Assembly: GCA_977016875.1 (NCBI GenBank)
Contig: CDRNST010000122.1
Span: forward strand, 3,472,001-3,536,000
DNA from: Pavona decussata
Taxonomy: Eukaryota
Direction of reading: 5' to 3'
DNA: 64,000 bases
The position numbers and the translations under genes were made by a program. The notes under the pieces were generated by a model. That model ran no database searches, was not told the origin of the DNA, and saw only the letters and a list, made by a program, of their open reading frames with translations. How positions within the stretch are numbered: position 1 is the stretch's first letter; every line of letters starts with the position of its first letter. Positions 26,901-37,237 of the stretch are shown here, one piece after another.

Positions 26901-29900
26901 GAATGTTTCCATTGTAACTGAATGAAGTATTTATCAAAGTATTCTTACTTGAAGTGAAGGGCAATCCCTCCCTCGACATCTTTTGGAAATCTTGACCGTT
27001 CTTGTTCGTTGCTTGGATCCAACGGCGCATTTTTCACTGCATGCTCCCCACGAACCCCAAGTATTGACCTTAAAAAAATATTACAGAGATGCAATCCCAC
27101 ATAAAAATCTTTCTCGCTTCCGTGTTCGGGTACTACAGATTTTAATAATAATCTACTACAATTACATCTTCATCACAAGCATGTTTTGATGTTCCAACTG
27201 TGACGGTGATCATGGAGACTTACAGTTCATTTCAATTTGCAGGTTTTGACGTCACTAAAATCTGCTGGTCAAGAACAACACTGAATGAAGTCACTAACAA
27301 AGTAAAACGGTTGGTAGTTTTAGCCGAGTTGTTCAGTAGTTACTATACCCTGAGTACCAGAGTTTTATTTCTCGCGGGTAGTAATACTAATACTTGAGGT
27401 AGGGCTAGGGGTAACTACATTCAAATCCCATGTCCATGTTTTGTTACTCTTTAGAGTTGATTATCTCTTTGAGGTTTTACGCAATGAAAATATGCAGTGA
27501 TAAGTTTGTATTATCTGACCTCGTAATTTTTTTGGGTAAAATTGTTGGTGATATTTAGAACGTAAAAAAAAAAAGGAAGCTCGGAAAATTAGAAAATGTT
27601 AGGAAACTAGAGATAAATGTACATTTAGTCCATACTGGAAATTAAGGGCTTTTTAACACATTTCCATCATAAGCAAAAGTGTACCCCACCCCTTAAGAGC
27701 AAAAGGTTTAGCGATTGAGGAAGACTTGGTGCAGGGAATGAGCACTTAAGGCGATTTCTCGGATATCATATCAACCTACCACACAATCTCTGTTATCCCG
27801 ATAATCAGTACACCGCTTGCTCTCCGACCTAGCCCCGCATGCTTTTCCGCGGCATACCGCTGGTGAAGCAATAGAGCGTGTTCGGGTAGACCATCCGCTT
27901 CCACAGCCGTTACTGCAGAGCGACCAGGCCGACCAAGCTGACATGACGCAATCTTTGTTGTTGTACTGTGAGCAGGAAGTTGTGTCTCTCAGCGCTGGGC
28001 AGGCTTTACCGTTACAGTAAGGCTGAACTGTTATTCGCCGTGTTCTTGTCCTTGAACCTAAATAGTAAAAAAAATTAAATCCAGTTTATTTAGACCGGAT
28101 CTTTGATATTAAAATCAACACAAGACTTAAGGCTAACTTCAGCCGAAAAACTACAAAAACACATCTGACCGGGAACTACATTGTATGTTAACAATTCCCT
28201 ATTTTTCCACGAGAGCGTGGAGAGAGTGTCAAACTACCGAGGAGGCCCTTGTCACTCTTGTCAGAGTGTATAGCATTGAAAAGTAGGTCACCCCCTCCGC
28301 ATCGGTGGTTTTGGCATTGTTTCCTTGATAGAAACATACGATCTGGACGTTCGCCTGCAAACAGCTGAACATTTACCATGATTTATACGCGAATCTGATT
28401 GGCCCAAAGGTCATAGCATGCTATTCTTTTAATAATCATTGGATTACAAGCGATTTGAAAAATATACTTTTTTATAAATATGACCTAAATGTCATTGACT
28501 TTAATTACAACTACTTTTTAATTAATTAATTAATTAATTAATTAATTTATTTATTTATTTATTTATTTATTAGACTTTGCCTTTGCCACTCAGGCAGGGG
28601 AGCCACTACAGTAAGAGCCAATAACAGCGGTGCCCTAAATTAAGGCTAAGGTCTGAGCGTTTCCCCTCAGTTAATAATGTGATGTTCTTAAAAAACAGGG
28701 CCGGGTTGTTCGAAAGCTGATTAACGTTAATCTACCGGATTAAAAGTTAATCGAGGTTTTCATCTAGCTCGTTAAAAACGGTTTAAACGCTAATTTCAAG
28801 CTAAAGGTTAAGAAAGGTCTAAGTCAAAACTGAGGGCCAAAAATCTTTTGGAAGAATCGTTATTGATTAGTGATTAAACTCGAATCAGAGTCACGTTAAT
28901 CCAGGATTAGCTTAATCGGGCTTTGAACCAGGACCCAGCATATAAACCCTGAAAGTTAAAGAACATCACAATTTCTGCGGACAACTATCAGCCGAAAAAT
29001 TAGTTGATTTAAGAGCAAAATTGGCCTCGAAGCCTACGAAAACCACGCCAAAAATAAGTGTACGAAGAAAAAACTATCCAACTCTGGGTCAACTTTAACC
29101 TGGTTTTACACACGGCTTATAGAATCGAAAATAAGTTGTTGTTTTTTTAAGATTTTTAACGTTTATAGTAATAAGTATGCCTTATGCCTTATGTTCAAGC
29201 AAATTTGGAAACGATGAAAAGGATGACTGCCACAAAACAACCTATATTTGAGTTAGGTCACTGTCAGTAGTAGAAAACAAAGTTATCTGACAATCTCTGC
29301 ACCATCAACATCAGAGTGTATTCTATGTGAACTTGCGTAACCTACCTGTACCGCACGTGTTAGAGCACGCACTCCACGCGGTCCACGAGGACACTGAGCA
29401 GTCCCTGGGACAGCAGCTGTGTGTGCACGAGCGTGTTTGCCGCGTCGTGGGGCACGGGCCGCTGCAGTACGGTTGGGTGACCACTGTACGCGTTTGATGC
29501 TGGATTCCAGGACCACATTTGCCATTGTTCGGTACACATGACGACCATGACCCCCACGAACTCATCTGAAGGAGGCAAAATGATTTGGTTTAGTCTGAGT
29601 ATGATAGCCAACAAAGCACGCAGCACCAAATAGGCTATGATCATCTCGTATCCAATATGCGCGAGTGGAATAATCGTTTCATTAAAAACAACCACGGAAA
29701 TTTGCTTAATTCTGTTGATTTAGTGTTATTTTCTCCCTTCTAACGCGTACTGTTACCCTATTTGTGGGGCATGGTATAATGGCTCGTATACCGTGATGGC
29801 TAAACCAATCGAAACTCTGGAATTTCGTTACCCAATGCCTCAGTTTTTAATAACTACAAGTATGTGAATCAAAGAGGATATTGAAATATCTTTGAAAAAC

Positions 29901-32900
29901 AAAACTTCGAATAAAAGAGAAAATGTAAAAAATACCTTGCATGGAATGGGAACAGGAGTACAACGACTTGTGTCGCTTGTTGTAGGACACGCTTTTCCGC
30001 CACAGTATGCTCCTAAAGTAACTCTTCGCGTTCTTGTTTTCGTGCCACTGTTTACGCTGCACTGGCCTGTCGGGGCGGAACAGAATCCCCAAGGTGTCCA
30101 ACTGGTGACCTACATAGAAAAGAGACACGTACCTAGTGAGCTGACACGAAGGCTGTAGTCAAACGATAACAGAAAAATGTAACCAAACGTGTACAAACTC
30201 TCAAGGGGACTGTAATAAAAAATAATAGATGTATTTAATCCTGGAAACAAAAAAGGACAATAAGGGCTTCTTTTTTTCAAGAATAAAAGAGTACTTTCGG
30301 AAATAACCTTCGCAAGCTTAGACACGTCTACACGGTGCAGGTCAAATCAATTGTAATATTGATTACCTGACAGTCCCTTGGGCAACAGGGCCCTTGGCAA
30401 GATTTCGTCTCTCTCAAGGTCGGGCATGGGGTACCGCTACAAGAGGCCGCGGTTGTCACTCTTCTTGTGCGAACCTGGTACCCACTCCTTCCGCAAGCTG
30501 CGTTGCAGCTTCCATAGCTTGACCAGCTGGAGACCGCACAGTTCACTGGGCAGCATCTGGAGGTAAAGAAGACTCCATCAAAACGAATACAAGTACAAGA
30601 GATAAGGCATCGAAAGTAAAGCAGTGGGCTTTCCCAAAATGTAAGGATCTGAAAACGGCATATTCTGGTAAAAGTGCAAAAAAATGCACCTCCCTTTCCC
30701 ATTTGTTTCGTTTACAGACGTTAATTCGTTTGTTTGTTCCTATATGCTTGTTTACTGAGGGCAGTTCGTTTGTTTGCTATGTATGCGTTACTATGTGTTT
30801 GTTTACTGAGGGCGATTAATGTGTTTGTTTGTTAGTTATCTGTTTGTTTACTGAGGGAGATTCATAAAATGGGTTTGCTAAGTTTGCTTCAGAGCCTCTC
30901 AGATTTACTGAATAACGTACTGAAAAGCTTATTATTTCCGAATTAGAATCTTGAGCCATGTTTCACTCTCTATACTTCTTTTTATCTGTGGATACAATCC
31001 TAAAGTGCTCAGTAAAGAACACAGTTGACAATTTATTGATTCCTCACACACAAATACAACATAAACAAATTAAACATTAACAAGGCAAGGGAGCCCGAGG
31101 AAGCCAATAAGGCTTATGTAACGGACTACCTTGGATTATTCTATTGTTAAAGAATCATTTAATATCCATCTTAATATATAAATATCTCTAATACCCGAAA
31201 ATAATCGTTAGATTAGAATAAAAAATGAAAAGCAAAAGGAAAGGAAAAAGAAGAAAAAAAGCACACTTAAGTACACTAAAAGAAGTAACATCTTTCTATA
31301 TTGAGAGAAAACTCAAGTTTAGAAGTGAACACAGCAAAACTAGGAGCATTCTGAACTTCAGGGTTAAGAGAATTATACAATTTTGGTCCTTGAAAACGGA
31401 GTGAAAACTTTCTTACGTTTGTTCTATATAAAGTAAGAAGGAATTCTTACTTCTAGTGTTATATGAGTGTACGTCAGAGTGAAGTAAAAACATTTCACTC
31501 GAAACTATCAAGAAGAAGACCGCATTTGTAAAGATACATAATTTTGCCTATTTGGAGCTTGATTATGTTCTCAAATTTTAGACTTTTTAAGTTCTTATAA
31601 ATAGGATCGGTATGTGCGTCAAAACCACTCTTCGAAATTATTTTAATAACCCTTTTCTGGAGTGTAATTAAACGTTTACGACTTCACTGACAAGTAGAGC
31701 CCCAGACACTTGCACAAGCACGAGTGGTTATTATATTTTATTGAGCTTTGTCATACGAAAAAAAAAATACAGAAAGGAAACAAACAAATTACACAGATAC
31801 AAAGTGGAAAGAAAGAGGCAAAACAGCTGGCGAAACCATGACTACCATGGACCAGCTGATACTGTTCATTTGCTGTATCGAGGTGATTTTGACTTTGTGA
31901 CCCTTAGGTTTAAGTCTTTTCTGTGTCTTTTTGAGTCGCAGTAAAAATGTTGCTCTTTCAAAGACTCCTGCGCTGACTTTGCCATGCAATTGAATGGAAT
32001 ACGGTTTAATACCAAAGGATTTGTTGTATGGTGAACTTGCCTTTGGCACAAGAACTGCTGTCAGAAGCAACCATGATGTATGAAAACGTGACATAGTTTC
32101 ATTGAACTGCGGTTGACAATGGAAGCAAGTTGCCAAGAGAGATTGTAAACGCAACACATTTTTAAAGCTTCTGTGAAGCAGACTTTGTACTTCCGTCATT
32201 TAGACATTTTGTGAGTTGGTAAGCAGCTTTGTTGAAATTTTGCACTAATCTTCTTTTCTTTCTATTCTTTTATTGTTTTTATTCTTTCAATCAAATAATT
32301 CACTTTGTAATTTAGTTACAAGCTATAGTTACTTTGTTGCTCTGGATTTTTAGGGTATTGCCGGAATAGCCCAGAAATTTTTGTATTTTAATCTCGACCC
32401 GAACAGACCGCATATCTTTCCACCAAATGAAGAGAATATTGAGGATCACAGGGAAAGACCGGGTGCCTAATTAAACTTCCGCGTAGAAACGCACATGCCC
32501 AAGCAAGCCCCCTTAATATAGGGCCTCTTTCAAAGACTCCTGCGCTGACTTTGCCATGCAATTGAATGGAATACGGTTGAATACGGTTGACAATGGAAGC
32601 AAGTTGCCAAGAGAGATTGTAAACGCAACACATTTTGAAAGCTTCTGTGAAGCAGACTTTGTACTCCCGTCATTTAAACATTTTGTGAGTTGGTAAGCAG
32701 CTTTGTTGAGATTTTGCACTAATCTTCTTTTCTTTCTATTCTTTTATTGTTTTTATTCTTTCAATCAAATAATTCACTTCGTAATTTAGTTACAAGCTAT
32801 AGTCACTTAGTTGCTCTGGATTTTTAGGGTATTGCCGGAATTGCCCAGAAATTTTTGTATTTTAATCTCGACCCGAACAGACCGCAACTCTCTCAACCAA

Positions 32901-35900
32901 ATGAAGAGAATATTGAGGATCACAAGGAAAGACCGGGTGCCTAATTAAACTTCCGCGTAGAAGCTCACATGCTCAAGCATGCCCCCTTAATATAGGGCCT
33001 CTTTCAAAGACTCCTGCGCTGGCTTTGCCATGCAATTGAATGGAATACGGTTGAATACCAAAGGACTTGTTGCATGGTGAACTTGCCTTTGGCACCAGAA
33101 CTTCTGTCAAAAGCAACCATGATGTATGAAAACGCGACATAGTTTCATTGACCCTACGGTTGACAATAGAAGCAACCTGCCAAGACAAGCACTGGGACTT
33201 GCACGTGGTTAGGAAGCGTCACAAACGGACTGTCTCCTGTGACACCTGGAAGAAAACCTGCCGCTCCAAACTCAGGCTGTTCAGCCACAGTAGACACTGC
33301 TGATCTTAGACAAATTCAAGTTTAATGGTGCAAAATACTCAGTTACCTCTTAAAAACCAAAGTGGAATTCATTATACCTACAGCTTGATTTGTTTTTGTT
33401 CTTGTTCTTCATGATATAGTTGTTTTGTTTGGTCGGTTTTCAGAGCCACCAACCTCAAATCTACATATTCCCTAAAAGAGCTTAAAGGGATTAAAGGGAA
33501 GGAAGAAGGGGATTATAACAAAAGGCTTTGTATTGAGTACATTTCATCACGTCTCATCGTTTTCTTCGGAGACCAAAATACCATCATAAGTTAGAGGTGC
33601 ATGACCTCTCAGATTCTTAACTGTTAATTTAGCGCATTATCATAACACAGTATTTACCCTTGACTGGATGAAAGTAACTCATTATGAACGTGCGTGCAAT
33701 CAACCTATGATAAGCGGCTCATTTTATCTCGGGGAATATAGTGTTCGAGTATTATTACGCAGTCTTCGAGATTTAGTATCGTACAGAAAGCCGGGTCGTG
33801 TGAGGGGTCCACGTATTTCTTCCCGATGTTTTTCGCTTTAAAAATAGTGTCTAATCGCTGATGTAAAGAGAAAAACTGCTTTCCTTTGGCTCACACGTTT
33901 CTCACGCTTTCCACCCATTCCATGGTAAAACAGTGTCTAGCCTCACAGATGGGTTTCTCGTGTAGTTTCTTCGAGGAGGATAATTAATGAAATCTAAAAG
34001 TGAGAACTGAAAAGACACAATCTCTATCTTAATCTCAATCTCACATTGCTCTATGGAGCAGGAAGTCTCCAGAAATTTCCATTTCCAAATTTATTATTGT
34101 TGTTGCCGATTGTGTATAATGGTTTGTTGCTGTTAGTGATGCTCTATACCTGAGTGCAAAAGGTCAAGTTTTAAAAATCCTATTATGCGTTAATGTGTCA
34201 CCAGATACTATGTAAATATTCTCCATCTGATACCGCTCGCCTTGTCCCACATCCTTACCCTTTACAGGTTTTCATTGTTACGAAGACACATCTTCATTTT
34301 CGATTCAACCTTAATTTAGAAGCAGGAAAATCGGTACAATGATCTAAAACCTACCGAGCCAAAACTTTAAACGAGGTCTATGCGAAATGGACTATGTGGG
34401 TTATACAAACAGACACCTATTGTGTAACAGTAAGACGCTTAACCTTAATTAAGACAAGCTTAAGGCAAAATTTAGAATTAAGACAAAATTAAGACAACCT
34501 TGGGAAACACATGAAACACATGCATGAATTGGGCAAGCCACCCTTAACCGAGAACTTTGTACCGTCTCGTCAGTTGAGACAGAATGCGTTTGTTGCAAAA
34601 TTCGCTGTTATATAAACTCCGTCATTGAGACGTTGTTTACAAAAGAGCTGAACCCCGTCAATGAACCTGAAAATTGATTCAATTTGCGCGAAAGTATTTA
34701 TTGCAATGAGCTTTCCGATCCGGGCCTTTCCGCGTACGTCGACCTTGATCTGTAAAAGGAAGATCAATTACTTTTGGCCGCAATCTACAACAAGTTAACC
34801 GGGAGGTCGATACATATTTTTAAAAGGATTCTGACCCTTTTATGAGATGAATGAACACGATTTAAAAAAAAAGGCGAATCAATGATTTTTTTGGGGGCCG
34901 GTTGATATAAAATATGATGAAAGAAGATGCACCGAAAAGATCAATAAAAACAAGGTAAGTTTACGTCCTCTGGTTTAACCTTGCTTCAATCTGAAAGATT
35001 TCCTTTCAGTAGAACAGATACACATGTGTAACACGAGACACGACAGCATAATTTAATCAGCAAATTGCACCGTAACGGCCAAAAAAAAAGGTAATAATAA
35101 AATTGAAAAATAAAGATATTTTTAAGCCATTAGCTTAGACCTGCCTAACCACTGGAAAAAAAAAACAGTTTTTATACTGAGAACAAGACACCCTTTGTGT
35201 GGAGGTTATAGCATTTAATGTAATTAACAAGGTGAGGAAAAGGGGATAGACCCGGCAGTTTAAAATTGAAGCTTTAAGAATAAAAAAAACATATCGATGG
35301 GGCTTGCGGTTTGATTTAGAGCAAGTGCTGCGTGAAGTAGTACGATACCAACAAACAATCTGTTTAACCCCCCTCTCCCACAAATGCAAATAAGGTAATC
35401 TTGCCTTATGTTCACGCTTCCGATTTTTTTCCCCTTAATATGTTGATCGTGATCCCCGCGTGCTGTGGGGGCGCGATAGCTCCGAAGAGAAAACGTCGCC
35501 GCAGTAGAACATAATTTGTATCAGCAAAGTAAATCGGCGTTGAAATTGTGAAAGTGTGATAGAAACTCGACGTGCCACCCATTCCGCCAGCCAGTAAGTT
35601 ATACCATTGCATGCTGTGAGTGGCTGACACCGTGGCGAACTGGCATGTGCGCTCGTTTATACTGTAATTCAATGCCAGTATGTCGGCTGGTTCATATCAA
35701 AAAATAAACCTCTTATAAAAAGAAAGCCTTCAGATTATTAAGTTTTCGTGCAGTTGTTCGACCGGTAGTACTGTATCTTTGTCGTTCTAGGATAAAGGGC
35801 AAAGAAATGTGTTTTTTTTTTATCTTTTAAATTTGGAACATAACAATTTTACAGAGGGAACCCGCAGAGAGCTAAGACTTTTTACGACGCGCCGCAACGC

Positions 35901-37237
35901 TTCGCTTAGCTGGTAGATACAATGTAATTATATTATGTAACTTAACGATTATGTAACTAAGCAAAAGTTACTAGTCTGCAACGTATGTCTGCGTAGCAAG
36001 CACTCAGGTACATACCCGGGGGACTCTCATATGAAAGGTGCGCGGATGCTCGTCGTCTCGCTTAGGGGTGTAAATTTCGGATGTTGGTCTCACTTAGGGT
36101 CTTCTGGGCAAAACGCCATTATATTTAACGTGAAGGTCTCGTTAAGGGTTGCATGAGAAGAAATATAAAAATATATATTTGTCTGTGTTTTAAAATGGTC
36201 TCTTTCAAAAAAAAGCTCGGGGCACGCCCAGATTGGTCTCTTTTAGGGGTTTAATTTAAAACTTCCAACGAGCATTCCCGCGCGGAAAATGGAACGAGAG
36301 CAAAAAATTGGAGGCATTCAAAAAGCGAAAAACACTACGGAAAAACTTACTACGCAAGCTCACTCCTAACTTACTAACCACTCCCTACTGATGAAACTCT
36401 ATCTTACCGACAGAAGATAAAGTTGTGGCGAATGTGTCATGCAGAAGAGCTGCTGAAAAACATTTCGGCCATTGCGCACCCTGAACAATGCATCAGTTGT
36501 AATCCAGAACTTGTCCGTTAGAACAAGCGATAAAATGAAGTGGCGGAAACAACTAACAATTATCCGAATTTAAAATTAACCATCAAGTGAACTCACTTGA
36601 AAGGTATTTCATACAAGCAAGAAGCCTTTCGCTAATCAAGAATCATTGGAGCCTCATCTGAAGGCAAAATTCAAAATTTGAATTTTGAAAGAATAACATT
36701 CAAAATTGTCACACCGCTTCAAACAATCCTTCTGTGACTAAACAAAGTAACTGACAGAGTCATTAGGAGAAAATTGGAAAAAAAAAGACTGGCGCTCAAA
36801 CGGTTTGCAACTTACACTCCAGTATTGCAGCTTCGCGTCTGGGTACGAGTTGTTGGGCAAGCCGTGCCACTGCAGCTAGGATTCTGTGTAATCCGCAGCG
36901 CGCGCTTCTGTGTAAACGTGCCACAACCTCTGCATGGAGGACTCCAGGCGTTCCAACTCCATACACAATCGACCGGGCAACATTGAGTGTTGCAGTGCCT
37001 ACTCTCCTTGAGAGCACCAGTACACGATGCTCCGCCGCATATGGCATGAACTGCAATTCCTCTTGTGCGGAGCTGCGTCCCCGTAGCACATGACTTTGTA
37101 CAGGTGCTCCAAGGTTGCCAGTCCCCTAGAGCACAGTCGCGAAAACAACGTCTTCGACGTCTACGGCGCCACGAATCAACGGCGCAAAAAATTGCACTTA
37201 AAAGGAGAAGAGCTATAGACAAGGTGACAAGCTTCAT
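1745..37237 (-). CDS. Giant non-classical cadherin-like receptor (signal peptide, 8x TSP1, EGF, Sushi, ~26 EC, 4-5 EGF, TM, NPxY tail); isoform using the nearest first exon V1, ~3,936 aa, 33 exons
   Basis: Manual exon chain V1 + C1-C32 with GT-AG boundaries and matching phases; summed CDS is 11,811 nt (divisible by 3) ending at TGA 1745. Repeated cadherin motifs (xPEN, DxD, LDYE, DxG, DxNExP/DxNDxP), TSP1 WxxWxxC...RxR motifs, EGF cysteine patterns and a hydrophobic TM segment. Confidence 0.85.
2622..4616 (-). CDS. Constant exon C31: last EC repeats, EGF repeats, juxtamembrane region, TM, NPxY-rich tail
   Basis: ORF 2610-4541 extended to the AG acceptor at 4617-4618; donor GTAAAA; 1995 nt. 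Confidence 0.92.
5442..5671 (-). CDS. Constant exon C30 (cadherin)
   Basis: VAVECQDNGNPP...DVNEAP...DPD; phase 1 to 0. Confidence 0.85.
5725..5850. repeat. (GGAA)n microsatellite
   Basis: Direct inspection. Confidence 0.95.
6153..6456 (-). CDS. Constant exon C29 (cadherin)
   Basis: DCNDPP...LPENSPGG...LDYES; phase 0 to 1. Confidence 0.85.
6789..6913 (-). CDS. Constant exon C28 (cadherin)
   Basis: LDYEAT...ATDNGSPPLS; phase 1 to 0. Confidence 0.8.
7082..7232 (-). CDS. Constant exon C27 (cadherin)
   Basis: VIDTNDPP...YENAT...DQD; phase 0 to 1. Confidence 0.85.
7551..7745 (-). CDS. Constant exon C26 (cadherin)
   Basis: LDFEVQ...ATDSGNPPL; phase 0 to 0. Confidence 0.85.
7960..8136 (-). CDS. 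Constant exon C25 (cadherin)
   Basis: DVNEAP...VNENEPPG...DPD; phase 0 to 0. Confidence 0.85.
8907..8981 (-). CDS. Constant exon C24 (cadherin, 75 nt)
   Basis: VVNHVTL...LDYEQ; phase 0 to 0. Confidence 0.8.
9314..9433 (-). CDS. Constant exon C23 (cadherin)
   Basis: IPENSPVGTVVG...DPDN; phase 0 to 0. Confidence 0.85.
9873..10089 (-). CDS. Constant exon C22 (cadherin)
   Basis: LDYEQ...STDSG...NVNEKP; phase 2 to 0. Confidence 0.85.
10318..10354. repeat. (TAA)n microsatellite
   Basis: Direct inspection. Confidence 0.95.
10530..10737 (-). CDS. Constant exon C21 (cadherin)
   Basis: DRNDPP...VSEN...DQD; phase 1 to 2. Confidence 0.85.
11196..11566. mobile_element. TTAA-flanked MITE (Kolobok-type, AGGGGAAGT...ACTTCCCCT)
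   Basis: TTAA|AGGGGAAGTATTACG ... CATGACACTTCCCCT|TTAA terminal inverted repeats. Confidence 0.8.
11795..12380 (-). CDS. Constant exon C20 (2 cadherin repeats)
   Basis: ORF 11766-12344 extended to the acceptor; phase 0 to 1. Confidence 0.9.
12879..13583 (-). CDS. Constant exon C19 (2 cadherin repeats)
   Basis: Within ORF 12858-13628; AG/GT boundaries; 705 nt. Confidence 0.9.
13985..14290 (-). mobile_element. LINE (CR1/L2-like) 3' fragment
   Basis: ORF2 C-terminal-like motif RTEIAKRSFYYYGCTLFNEL, followed by AATAAA and a (TTC)n tail. Confidence 0.6.
14655..15253 (-). CDS. Constant exon C18 (2 cadherin repeats)
   Basis: Within ORF 14646-15275; phase 1 to 0. Confidence 0.9.
15955..16191 (-). 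CDS. Constant exon C17 (cadherin)
   Basis: FFSTADPDN...LNYE...DSGDPP; phase 1 to 1. Confidence 0.85.
16379..17480 (-). CDS. Constant exon C16 (~3.5 cadherin repeats)
   Basis: ORF 16353-17480; phase 0 to 1. Confidence 0.9.
17507..17899. mobile_element. MITE with GGACGGTGCCTA inverted termini (Kolobok-type)
   Basis: TCAA|GGACGGTGCCTA ... TAGGCACCGTCC|TTAA. Confidence 0.75.
17910..17962. repeat. (GAT)n microsatellite
   Basis: Direct inspection; intronic. Confidence 0.95.
17985..18168 (-). CDS. Constant exon C15 (cadherin)
   Basis: FAARDED...VDYET...DSGNP; phase 2 to 0. Confidence 0.85.
18376..18611 (-). CDS. Constant exon C14 (cadherin)
   Basis: CLSQGGSSCLLNYE...DVNDRP; phase 0 to 2. Confidence 0.85.
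18690..18790 (+). mobile_element. Short LINE ORF2 3' fragment
   Basis: Translates to FMFAAPRLWNMLP, resembling the F..AAP.LWN.LP motif. Confidence 0.45.
19050..19199 (-). CDS. Constant exon C13 (cadherin, 150 nt)
   Basis: LSSSVVDENS...DQD; phase 0 to 0; not in the ORF track, translated manually. Confidence 0.85.
19599..20894 (-). CDS. Constant exon C12 (4 cadherin repeats)
   Basis: ORF 19572-20894; 1296 nt; phase 0 to 0. Confidence 0.92.
21213..21632 (-). CDS. Constant exon C11 (cadherin)
   Basis: ORF 21192-21632; phase 0 to 0. Confidence 0.9.
21948..22097 (-). CDS. Constant exon C10 (cadherin, 150 nt)
   Basis: LSSNSVDENS...DPD; phase 0 to 0. Confidence 0.85.
22481..22778. other. Assembly gap (298 N) inside intron C9-C10
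   Basis: Run of N. Confidence 1.
22790..22900 (+). mobile_element. LINE reverse transcriptase fragment
   Basis: LLLVDLTGVFDTIDHSVLVRRL resembles the RT motif DLSxAFDTVDHxxLL. Confidence 0.6.
23043..23151 (-). CDS. Constant exon C9 (end of first EC)
   Basis: STDNGSPP...DVNEKP; phase 2 to 0. Confidence 0.85.
23560..23756 (-). CDS. Constant exon C8 (first EC)
   Basis: VPENRPRGTKVG...DPN...FDYE; phase 0 to 2. Confidence 0.85.
23916..24115 (-). CDS. Constant exon C7 (Sushi/CCP-like domain)
   Basis: TYPVTCSLGCPKDYSITGASTVTCQTSGQWS...C, then NDPP leading into EC1; phase 1 to 0. Confidence 0.8.
24330..24733. mobile_element. MITE with 16-bp TIRs and a 6-bp TSD
   Basis: CTAGAA|GAGGGGGGTGAATAGG ... 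CCTATTCACCCCCCTC|CTAGAA; internal GATCCGC subrepeats. Confidence 0.85.
25773..25926 (-). CDS. Constant exon C6 (end of TSP1, EGF-like, start of Sushi)
   Basis: NNGCEHKC...CSCNAGYNLAPNNKNC; phase 0 to 1. Confidence 0.85.
26949..27068 (-). CDS. Constant exon C5 (TSP1)
   Basis: VNTWGSWGACSEKCAVGSKQRTR; phase 0 to 0. Confidence 0.85.
27780..28057 (-). CDS. Constant exon C4 (TSP1)
   Basis: SRTRTRR...DCVMSAWSAWSLCSNGCGSG; phase 1 to 0. Confidence 0.85.
28697..28938. mobile_element. MITE with imperfect long inverted termini
   Basis: GGGCCGGGTTGTTCGAAAGCTGATTAACGTTAATC ... GATTAGCTTAATCGGGCTTTGAACCAGGACCC. Confidence 0.65.
29346..29565 (-). CDS. Constant exon C3 (TSP1)
   Basis: MSSWGSWSSC...DCSVSSWTAWSAC; phase 0 to 1. 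Confidence 0.88.
29936..30109 (-). CDS. Constant exon C2 (TSP1)
   Basis: VTSWTPWGFCS...KTRTRR...CGGKACP; phase 0 to 0. Confidence 0.85.
30367..30556 (-). CDS. Constant exon C1 (TSP1); phase-2 acceptor compatible with all five variable cassettes
   Basis: TTCTTTACCTCCAG|A TGC TGC CCA GTG (CCPVNCAVSSWSSY...); donor GTAATC. Confidence 0.88.
31030..31720 (-). mobile_element. LINE (CR1/L2-like) 3' end
   Basis: Minus strand translates VWGST...RLITLQKRVIKIISKSGFDAHTDPIYKNLKSLKF, typical of an ORF2 C-terminus; AATAAA near 31035. Confidence 0.7.
31952..33185. repeat. Local tandem triplication (~470-570 bp units)
   Basis: CTCTTTCAAAGACTCCTGCGCTG recurs at ~31953, ~32525 and ~32999, with long shared flanks. 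Confidence 0.9.
36017..36285. mobile_element. MITE-like repeat at the proximal edge of the duplicated block
   Basis: Imperfect inverted termini (CGCGGATGCTCGT ... ACGAGCATTCCCGCG) and repeated TTAGGGG motifs. Confidence 0.5.
36816..37237 (-). CDS. Variable first exon V1 (intact): signal peptide, W-polyR, 2x TSP1
   Basis: ATG at 37237 (MKLVTLSIALLLLSAIFCAVDS-WRRRRRRRC...), 422 nt, ends CNTG-GT|GTAAGT. Confidence 0.88.

Noticed and set aside
1745-30556. Assigning a FAT4, DCHS or hedgling gene symbol
   Set aside because: No LamG, Hedge/VWA or Dachsous-type features are visible, and the TSP1/Sushi N-terminus does not match those families. Orthology cannot be supported.
30557-30702. ATG at 30702 as the start of the cadherin gene
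   Set aside because: The translation lacks a convincing signal peptide, and a good pyrimidine tract plus AG sits at 30557-30570, so this is intron.
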